NCBI GenBank assembly: GCA_003135555.1
Contig: PLCF01000031.1
Coordinates: forward strand, 576-45,518
DNA from: Vulcanimicrobiota bacterium
Lineage (GTDB): Bacteria > Vulcanimicrobiota > Vulcanimicrobiia > Vulcanimicrobiales > Vulcanimicrobiaceae
Length of the DNA stretch: 44,943 bases
Direction of reading: 5' to 3'
The notes below the pieces were generated by a model. It searched no databases and was not told where the DNA came from. It saw nothing but the letters and a program-made list of their open reading frames with translations. A program made the translations under genes and the position numbers. Every line of letters begins with the position of its first letter. The first letter of the stretch is position 1. Positions 16,800 to 26,048 of the stretch are shown one piece after another.

Positions 16800-17564
16800 A
16801 TGACCACGACGCTCCACGGCACGGCCGCGCTCGTCACGGGCGCCAGCTCCGGGATCGGTGAAGCGACGGCGCTCGCGCTGGCGCAGCACGGTGCCGCCGT
16901 GGCGCTGGCGGCGCGGCGCAAGGATCGCCTCGAGGCGCTCGCCGCGCGCATTCGCGCCGCGGGCGGGCAGGCGCTGGTGCTCGAAGCCGACGTCACCGAC
17001 GAGCGCCAAGCCCGCGCGATCGTCGAGCGCACCGTCGCCGAACTCGGCCGGCTCGACATCTTGGTCAACAACGCCGGCCTGATGCTGCTCGGGCCGATCC
17101 CCGACGCCGACGTCGACGAGTGGCGCCGGATGCTCGACCTCAACGTGAACGGGCTGCTGTTCTGTGCCCACGCAGCGCTGCCGCACTTGCTGCGCGCCGC
17201 GCAGGACGGACCGCGGCGGGTCGCCGACATGATCAACGTCAGCTCGGTCGCGGGCCGCAATGCGCGGGCCAATGCGGGCGTCTACAACGCCACGAAGTTC
17301 GCGGTCGGGGCGTTCAGCGAGGCGCTGCGCCAAGAGGTGACGCGCAAACACGTCCGCATCGCGCTGATCGAGCCCGGCCTAGTCGAAACGGAGCTGCGCA
17401 GCCACAACCGGCCCGAGGTCCAAGAGCAGCTCGCCCGCGCCAACCCCGTCGACGATCCGCTGCAGGCGGCCGACATCGCCGATGCGGTCGTCTACGTCGT
17501 GACGCGTCCGCGCCACATGGCCATCAACGAAGTGCTGATTCGCCCGACCCAACAGGAGCGCTGA
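16800..17564 (+). CDS. SDR-family NAD(P)-dependent oxidoreductase
   Basis: VTGASSGIG, ILVNNAG, YNATK, AINEVLIRPT. Confidence 0.95.
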   Translation: MTTTLHGTAALVTGASSGIGEATALALAQHGAAVALAARRKDRLEALAARIRAAGGQALVLEADVTDERQARAIVERTVAELGRLDILVNNAGLMLLGPIPDADVDEWRRMLDLNVNGLLFCAHAALPHLLRAAQDGPRRVADMINVSSVAGRNARANAGVYNATKFAVGAFSEALRQEVTRKHVRIALIEPGLVETELRSHNRPEVQEQLARANPVDDPLQAADIADAVVYVVTRPRHMAINEVLIRPTQQER

Positions 17565-17596
17565 CCGCTCCGATGCCCGCGGCGTAAGCGCCGTCA

Positions 17597-17629
17597 TCGC
17601 CGCGACGCGCAGCGGCAACATCGTGGCGC
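17597..17629 (+). repeat. 33-bp repeat B (fliQ upstream region)
   Basis: 29/33 identical to 16697-16729. Confidence 0.85.
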
Positions 17630-17641
17630 CAGGCTGGTCGC

Positions 17642-17908
17642 ATGGACGCCTTCGAAGGTCTGCTGCGCGACGCGCTGCTCGTTACCGCGGTGCTGGCGTT
17701 GCCGGTCCTCGTCATCGCGACGCTCGTCGGAGCGGTCGTCGCGGTGCTGCAGGCCGCGACCCAGGTGCAGGAGCAGACGCTCACGATCCTGCCCAAGGTG
17801 CTCGCGGTCGGCGCGATGGTGGCGCTGTTCGGGCGCTTCGGAATGGCGCTGTGCGCGCAGCTGTTCACCGAGGTCGTCGCGCGCATCCCGCTGGTGACGC
17901 GCGGTTGA
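17642..17908 (+). CDS. fliQ: Export gate protein FliQ/SctS
   Basis: LQAATQVQEQTLTILPK motif. Confidence 0.95.
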   Translation: MDAFEGLLRDALLVTAVLALPVLVIATLVGAVVAVLQAATQVQEQTLTILPKVLAVGAMVALFGRFGMALCAQLFTEVVARIPLVTRG

Positions 17909-18612
17909 CGCAGACGACGTTGCTCGTGCTGGCCCGATCGGCGGGGATGATCGCGCGCGCGCCGGGGTTCGCGCACCCGTCGGTGCCGCCGTTGGTGCGC
18001 GCCGGCCTCGCGCTGGCGCTCGCGGTTGCCGTCGCACCGCAGGTCCCGCACGCCCCCGCGCTGGGCTTCGCCGCGTTCACGCTGGCGCTGGCCGGGGACT
18101 TCGCGCTCGGTGCGGCGATCGGGTTGGGCGCAGCGCTGCTCTACGACGGCGCGTACTTCGCCGGCCGGACCATCGACGACTATCTCGGCGTGCGCGGCAG
18201 CGTGCCGGGCGCGAACGTCGCCGGCGCTCAGGCCTTCGGACGGTTGTGGTCGTCGGCGTTCCTGATCGCGTTCTTCCTCCTCGACGGCTGGGTGCCAGTG
18301 GTACGCGCATTCGCCGGCTCGTTCGCGCACGTCGGCGCCGGCGCGTTCGCCGCAACGCACGGGTGGACGCGCTTCGCATACGCGCTCCCGGCCACGATCG
18401 TCTCCGCCGCGTTGCTCGTCGCGGCGCCGGCGATCGCGGTGGCGGCGACGCTGCAGCTGGCACTCGCGGCGGTGGCGCGCGTCGTGCCGCGTTTCGCCAG
18501 CTTCGCGCTCGCGTTTCCGCCGGTCTTCGCTGGGGCGCTCGCGGTCACGTTGGCGATGGTGCCGCTGGTCGCCCCGCTGGGCGCGCGGCCGTGGCTGCCG
18601 CTGCCGTGGTGA
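17905..18612 (+). CDS. fliR: Export gate protein FliR/SctT, divergent
   Basis: ARSAGMIARAPGF...VPPLVR, AGRTID, AAPAIA...ARVVPRFASFALAFP; TTG start overlapping fliQ stop. Confidence 0.85.
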   Translation: MTQTTLLVLARSAGMIARAPGFAHPSVPPLVRAGLALALAVAVAPQVPHAPALGFAAFTLALAGDFALGAAIGLGAALLYDGAYFAGRTIDDYLGVRGSVPGANVAGAQAFGRLWSSAFLIAFFLLDGWVPVVRAFAGSFAHVGAGAFAATHGWTRFAYALPATIVSAALLVAAPAIAVAATLQLALAAVARVVPRFASFALAFPPVFAGALAVTLAMVPLVAPLGARPWLPLPW

Positions 18613-18628
18613 CGACCGGCGACGCACG

Positions 18629-19639
18629 GTGAGCGCCGGCGCAAAGCCCTTCGACGCGACGCCGGCGCGGCGGGCGCGGGCACGCCGCGAGGGCAACGTG
18701 GCGCGCTCGGCCGAGGCGACCAGCGTCGCGGCGTTCGGCGCGGCGATCTTGGCGACGCTGGTCGCCGTGCCATTGGCCGCCGGCGTCGCCGCGAACACGC
18801 TGCGCGTCACGGCGCGGCGGGGGACCGACATCGAGCCGTCGGCGTATGCGCTGCTGGCCGTCGCGGCGTTGCTGCCGGTGGCGGCCGCGGCGACTGCGGG
18901 CTGTGCCGTCGCGCTGGCGCAGTCGGGCGGGCTGCACGTCACGCCGCTGCGGCTGGATGGGGGTCGGCTCGAACCGTTCGCCGGCCTCAGACGCATCCTA
19001 GGCGGGGAAGCGGCGGTCGCCGCGTTGCGCGGCGCGTTGGCGTTCGCCGTCGCGCTGCTCGCCGTCGCGCCGGTGGTCCGCGACGCCGTCGCTTCGGGTG
19101 CCGCGTCGGCGTCGCCGCTCGCCGCCGCGTCGCTCGCCGGGAGCGCGGCGTTGCGCGCCGCTCTGGCCGCGGCCGCGGTCGGCGCGGGCTTCGCGCTGGC
19201 GGATTATGCGCTGGCGCGCCGGCGCTGGCTGCGCAGTCTGCGCATGTCGCTCGAGGAGCTCAAGCGCGACGCCAAGGAACACGACGGCGATCCGCAGGCG
19301 CGGCTGCGCCGCAAGAGCGCGCATCGTGCGCTGGTGCGCGGCTCGATCTCGCGGCTGCGCGAGGCGTCGTTCGTGGTGGTCAACCCCGCGCACGTCGCCG
19401 TTGCGATGCGCTATGCGCCGCCCGCCGTGCCGGTCCCCGAGGTTCTCGTGCGCGCGCTCGACGCGGCGGCGCTGCGCGTGAAGTCGATCGCGCGCGAGCG
19501 GCGCATCCCGGTGGTGGAAGACGCCGCCCTCGCGCGGCTGCTCTACGCCCGCGGCGAGAGCGGGCGGCCGATCCCCGCGCAAGCCTACGTCGCGGTCGCG
19601 CAGATAATCGCCGCGCTGGCGCGCGAGGGCGTGCTGTGA
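18629..19639 (+). CDS. flhB: Export switch protein FlhB/SctU
   Basis: ATPARRARARREGNVARS, LRMSLEELKRDAKEHDGDP, VVVNPAHVAVAMRY, IPVVEDAALARLLY. Confidence 0.9.
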   Translation: MSAGAKPFDATPARRARARREGNVARSAEATSVAAFGAAILATLVAVPLAAGVAANTLRVTARRGTDIEPSAYALLAVAALLPVAAAATAGCAVALAQSGGLHVTPLRLDGGRLEPFAGLRRILGGEAAVAALRGALAFAVALLAVAPVVRDAVASGAASASPLAAASLAGSAALRAALAAAAVGAGFALADYALARRRWLRSLRMSLEELKRDAKEHDGDPQARLRRKSAHRALVRGSISRLREASFVVVNPAHVAVAMRYAPPAVPVPEVLVRALDAAALRVKSIARERRIPVVEDAALARLLYARGESGRPIPAQAYVAVAQIIAALAREGVL

Positions 19640-21696
19640 CGGGCTCGCGACTGGCCGGCTCGTTCGCCGTGCTCGTGCTCGGCGTCGTCGCCATCCTGAT
19701 CGTGCCGCTGCCGCCACCGCTGCTCGACGCGCTGCTGGCGCTCAACATCTTCGGCTCGGCGCTGGTGCTGCTGATCAGCCTGCGTGTCGAGGAACCGCTG
19801 GAGTTCTCGGCCTTCGCACCGGCGCTGCTGTTGGCGACGCTGTTCCGGCTCTCGCTCGATGTGAGCGCGACCCGGCTGATCCTCACGCAGGGCCACGATC
19901 CCGGCGGCGTCGGCGCGCTGATCCCCGCGTTCGGCGCCTTCGTCGTCGGCGGTAACGTCGTCGTGGGGTTGATCGTCTTCGCGATCCTGATCACCATTCA
20001 ATTCGTGGTGATCGCCAGCGGCGCGCAACGCGTCGCCGAAGTCTGCGCGCGGTTCACGCTCGACGCGATGCCGGGCAAACAGATGGCGATCGACGCCGAC
20101 CTGCACGCCGGGCTGCTCGACCCCGACGTCGCGCGGCGCAAGCGTGCGCGGGTGCAGCGTGAAGCCGACTTCTACGCCGCCATGGACGGCGCCGGAAAGT
20201 TCGTCAAAGGCGACGCGATCGCCGCGCTGGTAATCGTGGTCCTCAACCTGCTCGGCGGCGTCCTCGTCGGGACGGTCTACCACGGGATGGGGCCGCTCGA
20301 GGCGATCGAAACGTTCGCCATCCTGTCGATCGGCAACGCGCTGCTCACCACGCTGCCCGCATTTTTGATCTCGACCGCGATGGGGCTGATGGTCACGCGC
20401 GTCGCCGGCGACGGCGCCCTCGGCGCCGATCTCGCGGCGCAGCTTTTGGCGCGGCCCGACGTCTTGCGCATCGCCGCGCTGCTCGTGCTCGCGCTGGCCT
20501 GCGTGCCGTCGTTACCGGGGCCGCTCTTCGCCACGTTGGGGATCACGGCGCTGGGCGGGGCACAGCTCGCGCAACGGCACCGGCGGCGCGTCGACGAAGC
20601 AGCGCACGCGGCGGCGGAGCAGCGGCGCCGCCAATTGGTGCGGCGGCCGGAGACCGCGTTCGGCCTCGTCGGCGTCGACGCTCTGGCGATCGAGGTCGGC
20701 GCCGACCTCTATCCGCTGCTCGCCGCGCCGAACTGTGACACGCTGCTCGACCGCATCGCCGACGTGCGGCGGGCGTTGGCGGCCGAAACCGGGATCGTGA
20801 TCCCGGGCGTCCGGCTGCGCGACGACCCGCTGCGCGATCCGCGCAGCTACGCGCTGCGCGTGCGCGACCGCGTCGCGGGCGAAGGGATCCTGCGGCTCGA
20901 GCGCCTCGTCGCGGTCGGCGACCCGGAGCGCTTGGAGCGCATCGGCGGCGAGCCGACGACCGAACCGGTCTACGGTTTAGCCGCACGCTGGATCACCTAC
21001 GAATCGCGCGAGCGGGCCGTGGCCGCCGGCGCGCTGACCTTCGATGCCATCTCGATCGTGGTCTCGCACCTCGCCGAGACCGCACGCGCGCATGCGGCCG
21101 ACCTATTTGGGCGTCAGGAGTTTGCAACGCTCGTCGAGCACTTGCGCGGCTCGGTGCCGGCGGTCGTGAAGGATGTCGGTGAGGTTCTTCCAGTCGGTGT
21201 CGCGCACCGCGCCTTCGTCCACCTGTTGCGCGAGCGCGCGTGGCCGCGCGATCCGGTCGCCGCCTTCGAAGCCATGGTCGACGCCGCGGCGACGACGCGC
21301 GACCCGCGCGAGCTAGCCGAGGCCGTGCGCCGCGTCATCGTCCCGCAGCAGCTGCGCCGGGACGGCGTCCGTGCATTGCGACCCTTGATCGTCGCGCCGG
21401 CGTTCGAGGCCGAGCTGGCGCGAACGTGGTCGCCTGAGGCTGGACCGGCGCCCGATCCGCGCACGGCGTTGCACGTGCGTACCGAGATCGCGCGCTACGC
21501 CGCCGACCCGAGTTGCGCGCCGCATGCGATCGTCGCAACCGCGGCGTTGCGCCCGCTGCTGGCCGAGCTGCTCGAACGCAGCGTCCCGGCCGTCGCGGTC
21601 TACTCCTATGCCGAGCTCCCGCCCGAGGTCGCGCTGGAACCCGTCGCCGTGCTCGACGCGCCGGCGGCGGTCGCGGGGGCGTTTCCGGCGGTTTAG
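19636..21696 (+). CDS. flhA: Export gate protein FlhA/SctV
   Basis: RVAEVCARFTLDAMPGKQMAIDADL, DFYAAMDGAGKFVKGDAIA, FGRQE, VYSYAEL. Confidence 0.95.
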   Translation: MTGSRLAGSFAVLVLGVVAILIVPLPPPLLDALLALNIFGSALVLLISLRVEEPLEFSAFAPALLLATLFRLSLDVSATRLILTQGHDPGGVGALIPAFGAFVVGGNVVVGLIVFAILITIQFVVIASGAQRVAEVCARFTLDAMPGKQMAIDADLHAGLLDPDVARRKRARVQREADFYAAMDGAGKFVKGDAIAALVIVVLNLLGGVLVGTVYHGMGPLEAIETFAILSIGNALLTTLPAFLISTAMGLMVTRVAGDGALGADLAAQLLARPDVLRIAALLVLALACVPSLPGPLFATLGITALGGAQLAQRHRRRVDEAAHAAAEQRRRQLVRRPETAFGLVGVDALAIEVGADLYPLLAAPNCDTLLDRIADVRRALAAETGIVIPGVRLRDDPLRDPRSYALRVRDRVAGEGILRLERLVAVGDPERLERIGGEPTTEPVYGLAARWITYESRERAVAAGALTFDAISIVVSHLAETARAHAADLFGRQEFATLVEHLRGSVPAVVKDVGEVLPVGVAHRAFVHLLRERAWPRDPVAAFEAMVDAAATTRDPRELAEAVRRVIVPQQLRRDGVRALRPLIVAPAFEAELARTWSPEAGPAPDPRTALHVRTEIARYAADPSCAPHAIVATAALRPLLAELLERSVPAVAVYSYAELPPEVALEPVAVLDAPAAVAGAFPAV

Positions 21697-21732
21697 CGAA
21701 GCGGGTCCGAGCGCCGCCACGAGGGAGTTTCG

Positions 21733-22905
21733 ATGATCGCTCCGAGCCCGCCGGGAATCCCGCGTACGATCTTCGAGCCCGAGCACGCGACGTTGCGTGA
21801 CGCGATGCGGCGTTTCTGCGAACGCGAGATCGCCCCGTTTCATGACGCGTGGGAAGCGCAGGGCGTGGTCCCGCGCGCGATTTGGCGGCGCGCCGGTGAG
21901 CTGGGCTTTTTGTGCATGTCGCTGCCGGCGGAATACGGCGGCGCGGACGCCGACTTCCGAGCCTCGGCCGTCTTCTCCGAGGAGCTGGCGCGCGTCGGCG
22001 CGACCGGTCCGGGCTTCTTGCTGCAGACCGACATCGTCGCGCCCTACATCCTGCACTACGGAACAGCCGAGCAGAAGCAGCGCTGGCTGCCGCCTCTGGC
22101 TGCAGGCGAGCTCATCAGCGCGATCGCGATGAGCGAGCCCGGCGCGGGGAGCGACCTCGCGGGGATCAAGACGCGGGCCGACCGCGTCGCCGGCGGCTAC
22201 GCGATCACCGGAGCCAAGACGTTCATCACCAACGGCGTCCTCGCCGATCTGATCGTCGTCGTCGCCAAGACCGATCCCGGCGCGGGCAGCCGCGGGGTCA
22301 CGCTTTTCGTGGTGGAGCGCGGCGCGCCGGGCTTCTCCGGCGGGCGCCCGCTGCGCAAGGTCGGCCTCAAGGCGCAGGACACCGCGGAGCTGACCTTCGA
22401 CGGCGTGCGCGTCGGCGACGATGCGGTGCTGGGCGCCGTGGGCGGCGGATTCAAGCTGCTCATGAGCGAGCTGGCGCAGGAACGGCTCTCGATCGCCGTA
22501 ACCGCCGTAGCTGTCTGCGAAACGGCGCTCGAACAGACGATCGCCTACTGCGCCGGGCGCGAAGCGTTCGGCGAGCGCGTCCTCGATTTCCAGAACACCC
22601 GCTTCACGCTCGCAACGTTGCGAGCGCAGGTCGCGATGGCTCGCGTCTTCGTCGACCGCTGCATCGAGCTGCACTGCGCGGGCGGGCTCGACGCGACGAC
22701 GGCGGCGATGGCCAAGCTCGAGACGACCGAGTTGCAGTTCCGCGTCCTCGACGCCTGCGTCCAGTTGCACGGCGGCTACGGTTACATGCTCGAGTACCCC
22801 ATCGCACGCGCCTGGGCCGACGCGCGGGTGGCGCGCATCTACGGCGGCTCCAACGAGATCATGCGCGAGATCATCGGCCGCTCGCTCGAGGGCGGACGTT
22901 CGTGA
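21733..22905 (+). CDS. Acyl-CoA dehydrogenase (LCAD-like)
   Basis: AMSEPGAGSDL, GAKTFITNG, QDTAELTF, QLHGGYGYMLEY, IYGGSNEIM. Confidence 0.96.
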   Translation: MIAPSPPGIPRTIFEPEHATLRDAMRRFCEREIAPFHDAWEAQGVVPRAIWRRAGELGFLCMSLPAEYGGADADFRASAVFSEELARVGATGPGFLLQTDIVAPYILHYGTAEQKQRWLPPLAAGELISAIAMSEPGAGSDLAGIKTRADRVAGGYAITGAKTFITNGVLADLIVVVAKTDPGAGSRGVTLFVVERGAPGFSGGRPLRKVGLKAQDTAELTFDGVRVGDDAVLGAVGGGFKLLMSELAQERLSIAVTAVAVCETALEQTIAYCAGREAFGERVLDFQNTRFTLATLRAQVAMARVFVDRCIELHCAGGLDATTAAMAKLETTELQFRVLDACVQLHGGYGYMLEYPIARAWADARVARIYGGSNEIMREIIGRSLEGGRS

Positions 22906-24635
22906 TCGCGGAGAAGTCCGCACCCGTGCTGGCCGGGCTGATGATGGACCGCTCGCTGCAGATCTCGCGGCTGATCGACCACGCCGCGCTGTGGCACGGC
23001 GACGTCGAGATCGTCACCCAGCGAACCGGCCTGCCCGATCAACGCTCGAACTACCGCGAAGTGCGCGCGCGCAGCGCGCAGCTCGCGCACGCGTTGTGCC
23101 AACGGCTCGGCGTCGTAGCCGGCGAGCGCGTCGCGACCTTCGCGTGGAACACGCAACGTCACCTCGAGCTCTACTACGGCGTCTCGGGGATCGGCGCGGT
23201 GCTGCACACGATCAACCCGCGGCTGTTCGCAGCGCAGATCGCGTACATCGTCAACCACGCGCGCGACCGCTTCATCTTCCTCGACGCCGACCTCGTGCCG
23301 GTGCTCGAGCCGCTCGCGGCGCAGCTGCCGCACGTCGAAGGCTACGTCGTGCTGTGCGCCGAGAACGACTTGCCGCCGACGTCGCTGCCGGGCGCGCTGG
23401 CCTACGAGACGCTCATTGCCGGATTCCCCGACGACATCGTCTGGCCCGAGCTCGACGAACGCACGGCGTCGTCGCTGTGCTACACCTCGGGGACGACCGG
23501 CAACCCCAAAGGCGTGCTGTACGCGCACCGCTCGACGCTGCTGCACACCTTCGCGCAAGCGGCGTCGTGGCAAGCCGGCGCGGGTTCGCAGACCTCGATC
23601 CTCCCGGTGGTTCCGCTGTTTCATGCCAACGCGTGGGGCCTGCCGTATTTAGCGCCGATGCAGGGCTCGAAGCTCGTCTTCGCCGATCCGCACCTCGACC
23701 CGGCGGCACTCTACGACGCGCTCGAGCGCGAGCAGGTGACGCTGTCCTGCGGCGTGCCGACCATCTGGCTGCGGCTGCTCGAGCACCTCGAGCGCAACGA
23801 CTTGCGCTTCTCGAGCCTCAAGCTGCTGGGCGTCGGCGGGGCGGCGCCGCCCCGCTCGATGATCGAGGCCTTCGAGGTGAAGTACGACGTGCGTGTGATG
23901 AACGCGTGGGGGATGACCGAGACCAGCCCGGCGTGCACGTTCGGGATACCGAAAGCGGAGCATGACGTGCTGCCGCAGCGAATCGACTACAAGACGTGCG
24001 CGGGGCGTTGCTTGTTCGGCGTCGAGCTGCGCATCGTCGACGACGCCGGCGTCGCGCAGCCCTTCGACGGCGTCGCGCAAGGCGAGATCCACGTGCGCGG
24101 GCCGTGGATCGCCTCGGGTTACTTCGAGGACGAGGAGGCGACGGCGCGCGGCATTACCGCCGACGGCTGGCTGCGCACCGGCGACATCGCGACGGTCGAC
24201 CCCGACGGCTACGTGGCGATCCGCGACCGCGCCAAGGACGTGATCAAGTCGGGCGGCGAGTGGATCAGCTCGATCGACCTCGAGAACGTCGCCGTTGCCC
24301 ATCCCGACGTCGCCGAAGCGGCGGCGATCGGCGTCCCGCACCCCACCTGGTCCGAGCGCCCGGTGTTGTTCGCGGTGCCCAAGGCGGGCCGCGAGCTCGA
24401 CCCCGCGGCGGTGCGGGCGTTCTTGGACGGGAAGATCGCGAAGTGGTGGATGCCCGACGAGGTGATCGTGGTCGCGGAGCTGCCGCACACCGCCACCGGC
24501 AAGGTTTCCAAACGGACGCTGCGCGAGCAGCACGCGGCCGCGCTCGCTTCGATGGAAGAGACGGTGGATTCGTTGGGGGACGAGGTCGGCAAGGCCAAGC
24601 TCTACTTCGAAAAGCGGCGCGAATTGTCGAGCTAA
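22902..24635 (+). CDS. Fatty-acid/3-methylmercaptopropionate-CoA ligase (AlkK/DmdB-like)
   Basis: YTSGTTGNPKG, PLFHANAWG, WGMTE, LRTGD, DRAKDVIKSGGEWISS; GTG overlaps upstream stop. Confidence 0.95.
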   Translation: MIAEKSAPVLAGLMMDRSLQISRLIDHAALWHGDVEIVTQRTGLPDQRSNYREVRARSAQLAHALCQRLGVVAGERVATFAWNTQRHLELYYGVSGIGAVLHTINPRLFAAQIAYIVNHARDRFIFLDADLVPVLEPLAAQLPHVEGYVVLCAENDLPPTSLPGALAYETLIAGFPDDIVWPELDERTASSLCYTSGTTGNPKGVLYAHRSTLLHTFAQAASWQAGAGSQTSILPVVPLFHANAWGLPYLAPMQGSKLVFADPHLDPAALYDALEREQVTLSCGVPTIWLRLLEHLERNDLRFSSLKLLGVGGAAPPRSMIEAFEVKYDVRVMNAWGMTETSPACTFGIPKAEHDVLPQRIDYKTCAGRCLFGVELRIVDDAGVAQPFDGVAQGEIHVRGPWIASGYFEDEEATARGITADGWLRTGDIATVDPDGYVAIRDRAKDVIKSGGEWISSIDLENVAVAHPDVAEAAAIGVPHPTWSERPVLFAVPKAGRELDPAAVRAFLDGKIAKWWMPDEVIVVAELPHTATGKVSKRTLREQHAAALASMEETVDSLGDEVGKAKLYFEKRRELSS

Positions 24636-24677
24636 GACCCGGCGCGTTACCGGCCCTTCCGGCGATTGGGCGGCGGG

Positions 24678-24698
24678 GTTACCGCTCGGCGCCAGACT
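24678..24698 (+). promoter_or_regulatory. GTTACC-N9-CAGACT promoter motif; leaderless start at 24705
   Basis: Same sequence pattern and spacing as 34243-34263. Confidence 0.5.
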
Positions 24699-24704
24699 GG
24701 GGGC

Positions 24705-25253
24705 ATGAAGCCCTTCTTCAAACCTCTCAGACGCGCCGCCACGGCAGCGCTCGCGCTCGGGATCCTGAGCTCCGCGCCATACCACGGTGCCCCGGCCTCA
24801 CTGGTGAGCGCCTCACAGGGCGACGAACAGGTCATCGCGATCTCGTTCATCAGCCCGCATGCCCCGCAGGCGCTCCCCGCTGAGCAAGCGGCCCTGGCGG
24901 CGGACGCGAACGCGGAACGGACGCGCCGCGGGCTCCCGGCGCTGGTCCGCGACGAAGCCTTGGACCGTTTTGCGTATGCCAAAGGTCTCGAGATGGCGTC
25001 GCGAGCCTATTTCGGCCATACCAACCCCGACGGCGTGACCTTCGGCGATCGCTTGCGCGCTTTTCATTGGCCGGCGGCCTACGCGTCGGAGAACATCGCG
25101 TTCGACCGCGACGAGCCGCACGCGCACGCGGCCTTCATGAACAGTCCCCCGCACGCGCGCAACCTGTTGGACCCGCGCGAGCGGCGCTTCGGCGTCGCCG
25201 TGGTCACCGTCCAAACGCACGAGACCTTCTACGTGCAAGACTTCTCGGAGTAG
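24705..25253 (+). CDS. Secreted CAP/SCP-domain protein
   Basis: Signal peptide; NAERTRRGLPAL, YFGHTNPDG, ENIA, FMNSPPHARNLL. Confidence 0.92.
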   Translation: MKPFFKPLRRAATAALALGILSSAPYHGAPASLVSASQGDEQVIAISFISPHAPQALPAEQAALAADANAERTRRGLPALVRDEALDRFAYAKGLEMASRAYFGHTNPDGVTFGDRLRAFHWPAAYASENIAFDRDEPHAHAAFMNSPPHARNLLDPRERRFGVAVVTVQTHETFYVQDFSE

Positions 25254-25258
25254 TCGCG

Positions 25259-25918
25259 TCAGTCTTGGGTCAGGATGTTGAGCAGCGAGCCGTGCACTCG
25301 CAACTCGTCCTCGCCGCCGTACTCGATCAATCCCAGCCGCCGAAATTTGTTCATGAAGAAGCTCACGCGCGAGCGGGTGGTCCCGACCATCTCGGCCAGG
25401 TTCTTTTGGCTGATCTTGGCGATCAGCGGGTCGGCGCCGCGGGCCTTGCCGAAGTCGGCGAGCCGCACGAGCGCTCGAACCAAACGCCGCTCGCTTGAGT
25501 TGAAGAGCTGATCCGTCAGATCTTCCTCGAAGCGCACGTTGCGCGCCAGCAGATGGCTGATGAAGCGCTCGGCGAACTCGGCGCGCTCGCGCAGCACGCG
25601 GTGCATCACGGCTTCCGGCACGCGCGCGATCGTGGCCGCCGAGAGGGTCGTCGCGGTCGCCATACGTGCCGCTTGCCCCGCTACCGCGCCTTCGCCGAAA
25701 AAATCGCCGGTCCCGAGGAGCGCGATGATCGCCTCCTTGCCGCGGTGGGACAGCAGCGACAGCTTGACCTTGCCGGTGCGGATGTAAAATACCGCGTCGG
25801 CTGGCTCGCCCTGCGAGAACACCACCATTCCCGGCGCGAACTCTCGGCTGGACGCCGCCTCGCCGGCGGTCGAAAGGTATTCGAACGGGTCGAGTCCGGA
25901 ATTGGCCGCCTGGTTCAT
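25259..25918 (-). CDS. Crp/Fnr-family transcriptional regulator
   Basis: FSQGEPADAVFYIRTGKVKL, GDFFGE, RMATA, SQKNLAEMVGTTRSRVS HTH. Confidence 0.95.
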   Translation of the reverse strand: MNQAANSGLDPFEYLSTAGEAASSREFAPGMVVFSQGEPADAVFYIRTGKVKLSLLSHRGKEAIIALLGTGDFFGEGAVAGQAARMATATTLSAATIARVPEAVMHRVLRERAEFAERFISHLLARNVRFEEDLTDQLFNSSERRLVRALVRLADFGKARGADPLIAKISQKNLAEMVGTTRSRVSFFMNKFRRLGLIEYGGEDELRVHGSLLNILTQD

Positions 25919-26024
25919 CGCGCGGCGCCTCCGAATGCTTTCGTCATAGCCAGAAAGAAATAGTCAATGTAGTATTCTAGCGTGCCGTCACCAAGAGGTC
26001 CAATGTCACCGAGCGTCGCGACCC

Positions 26025-26039
26025 ATGCCGCCAAGGTAT
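26025..26039. promoter_or_regulatory. Putative LysR T-N11-A box (ATGC-N7-GTAT)
   Basis: Imperfect dyad directly upstream of the likely LysR GTG start. Confidence 0.35.
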
Positions 26040-26048
26040 CGAACGGTC

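Noticed and set aside
21733..24635. Acyl-CoA dehydrogenase and CoA ligase as part of the export system
   Set aside because: Ordinary beta-oxidation pair; co-orientation after flhA is the only link
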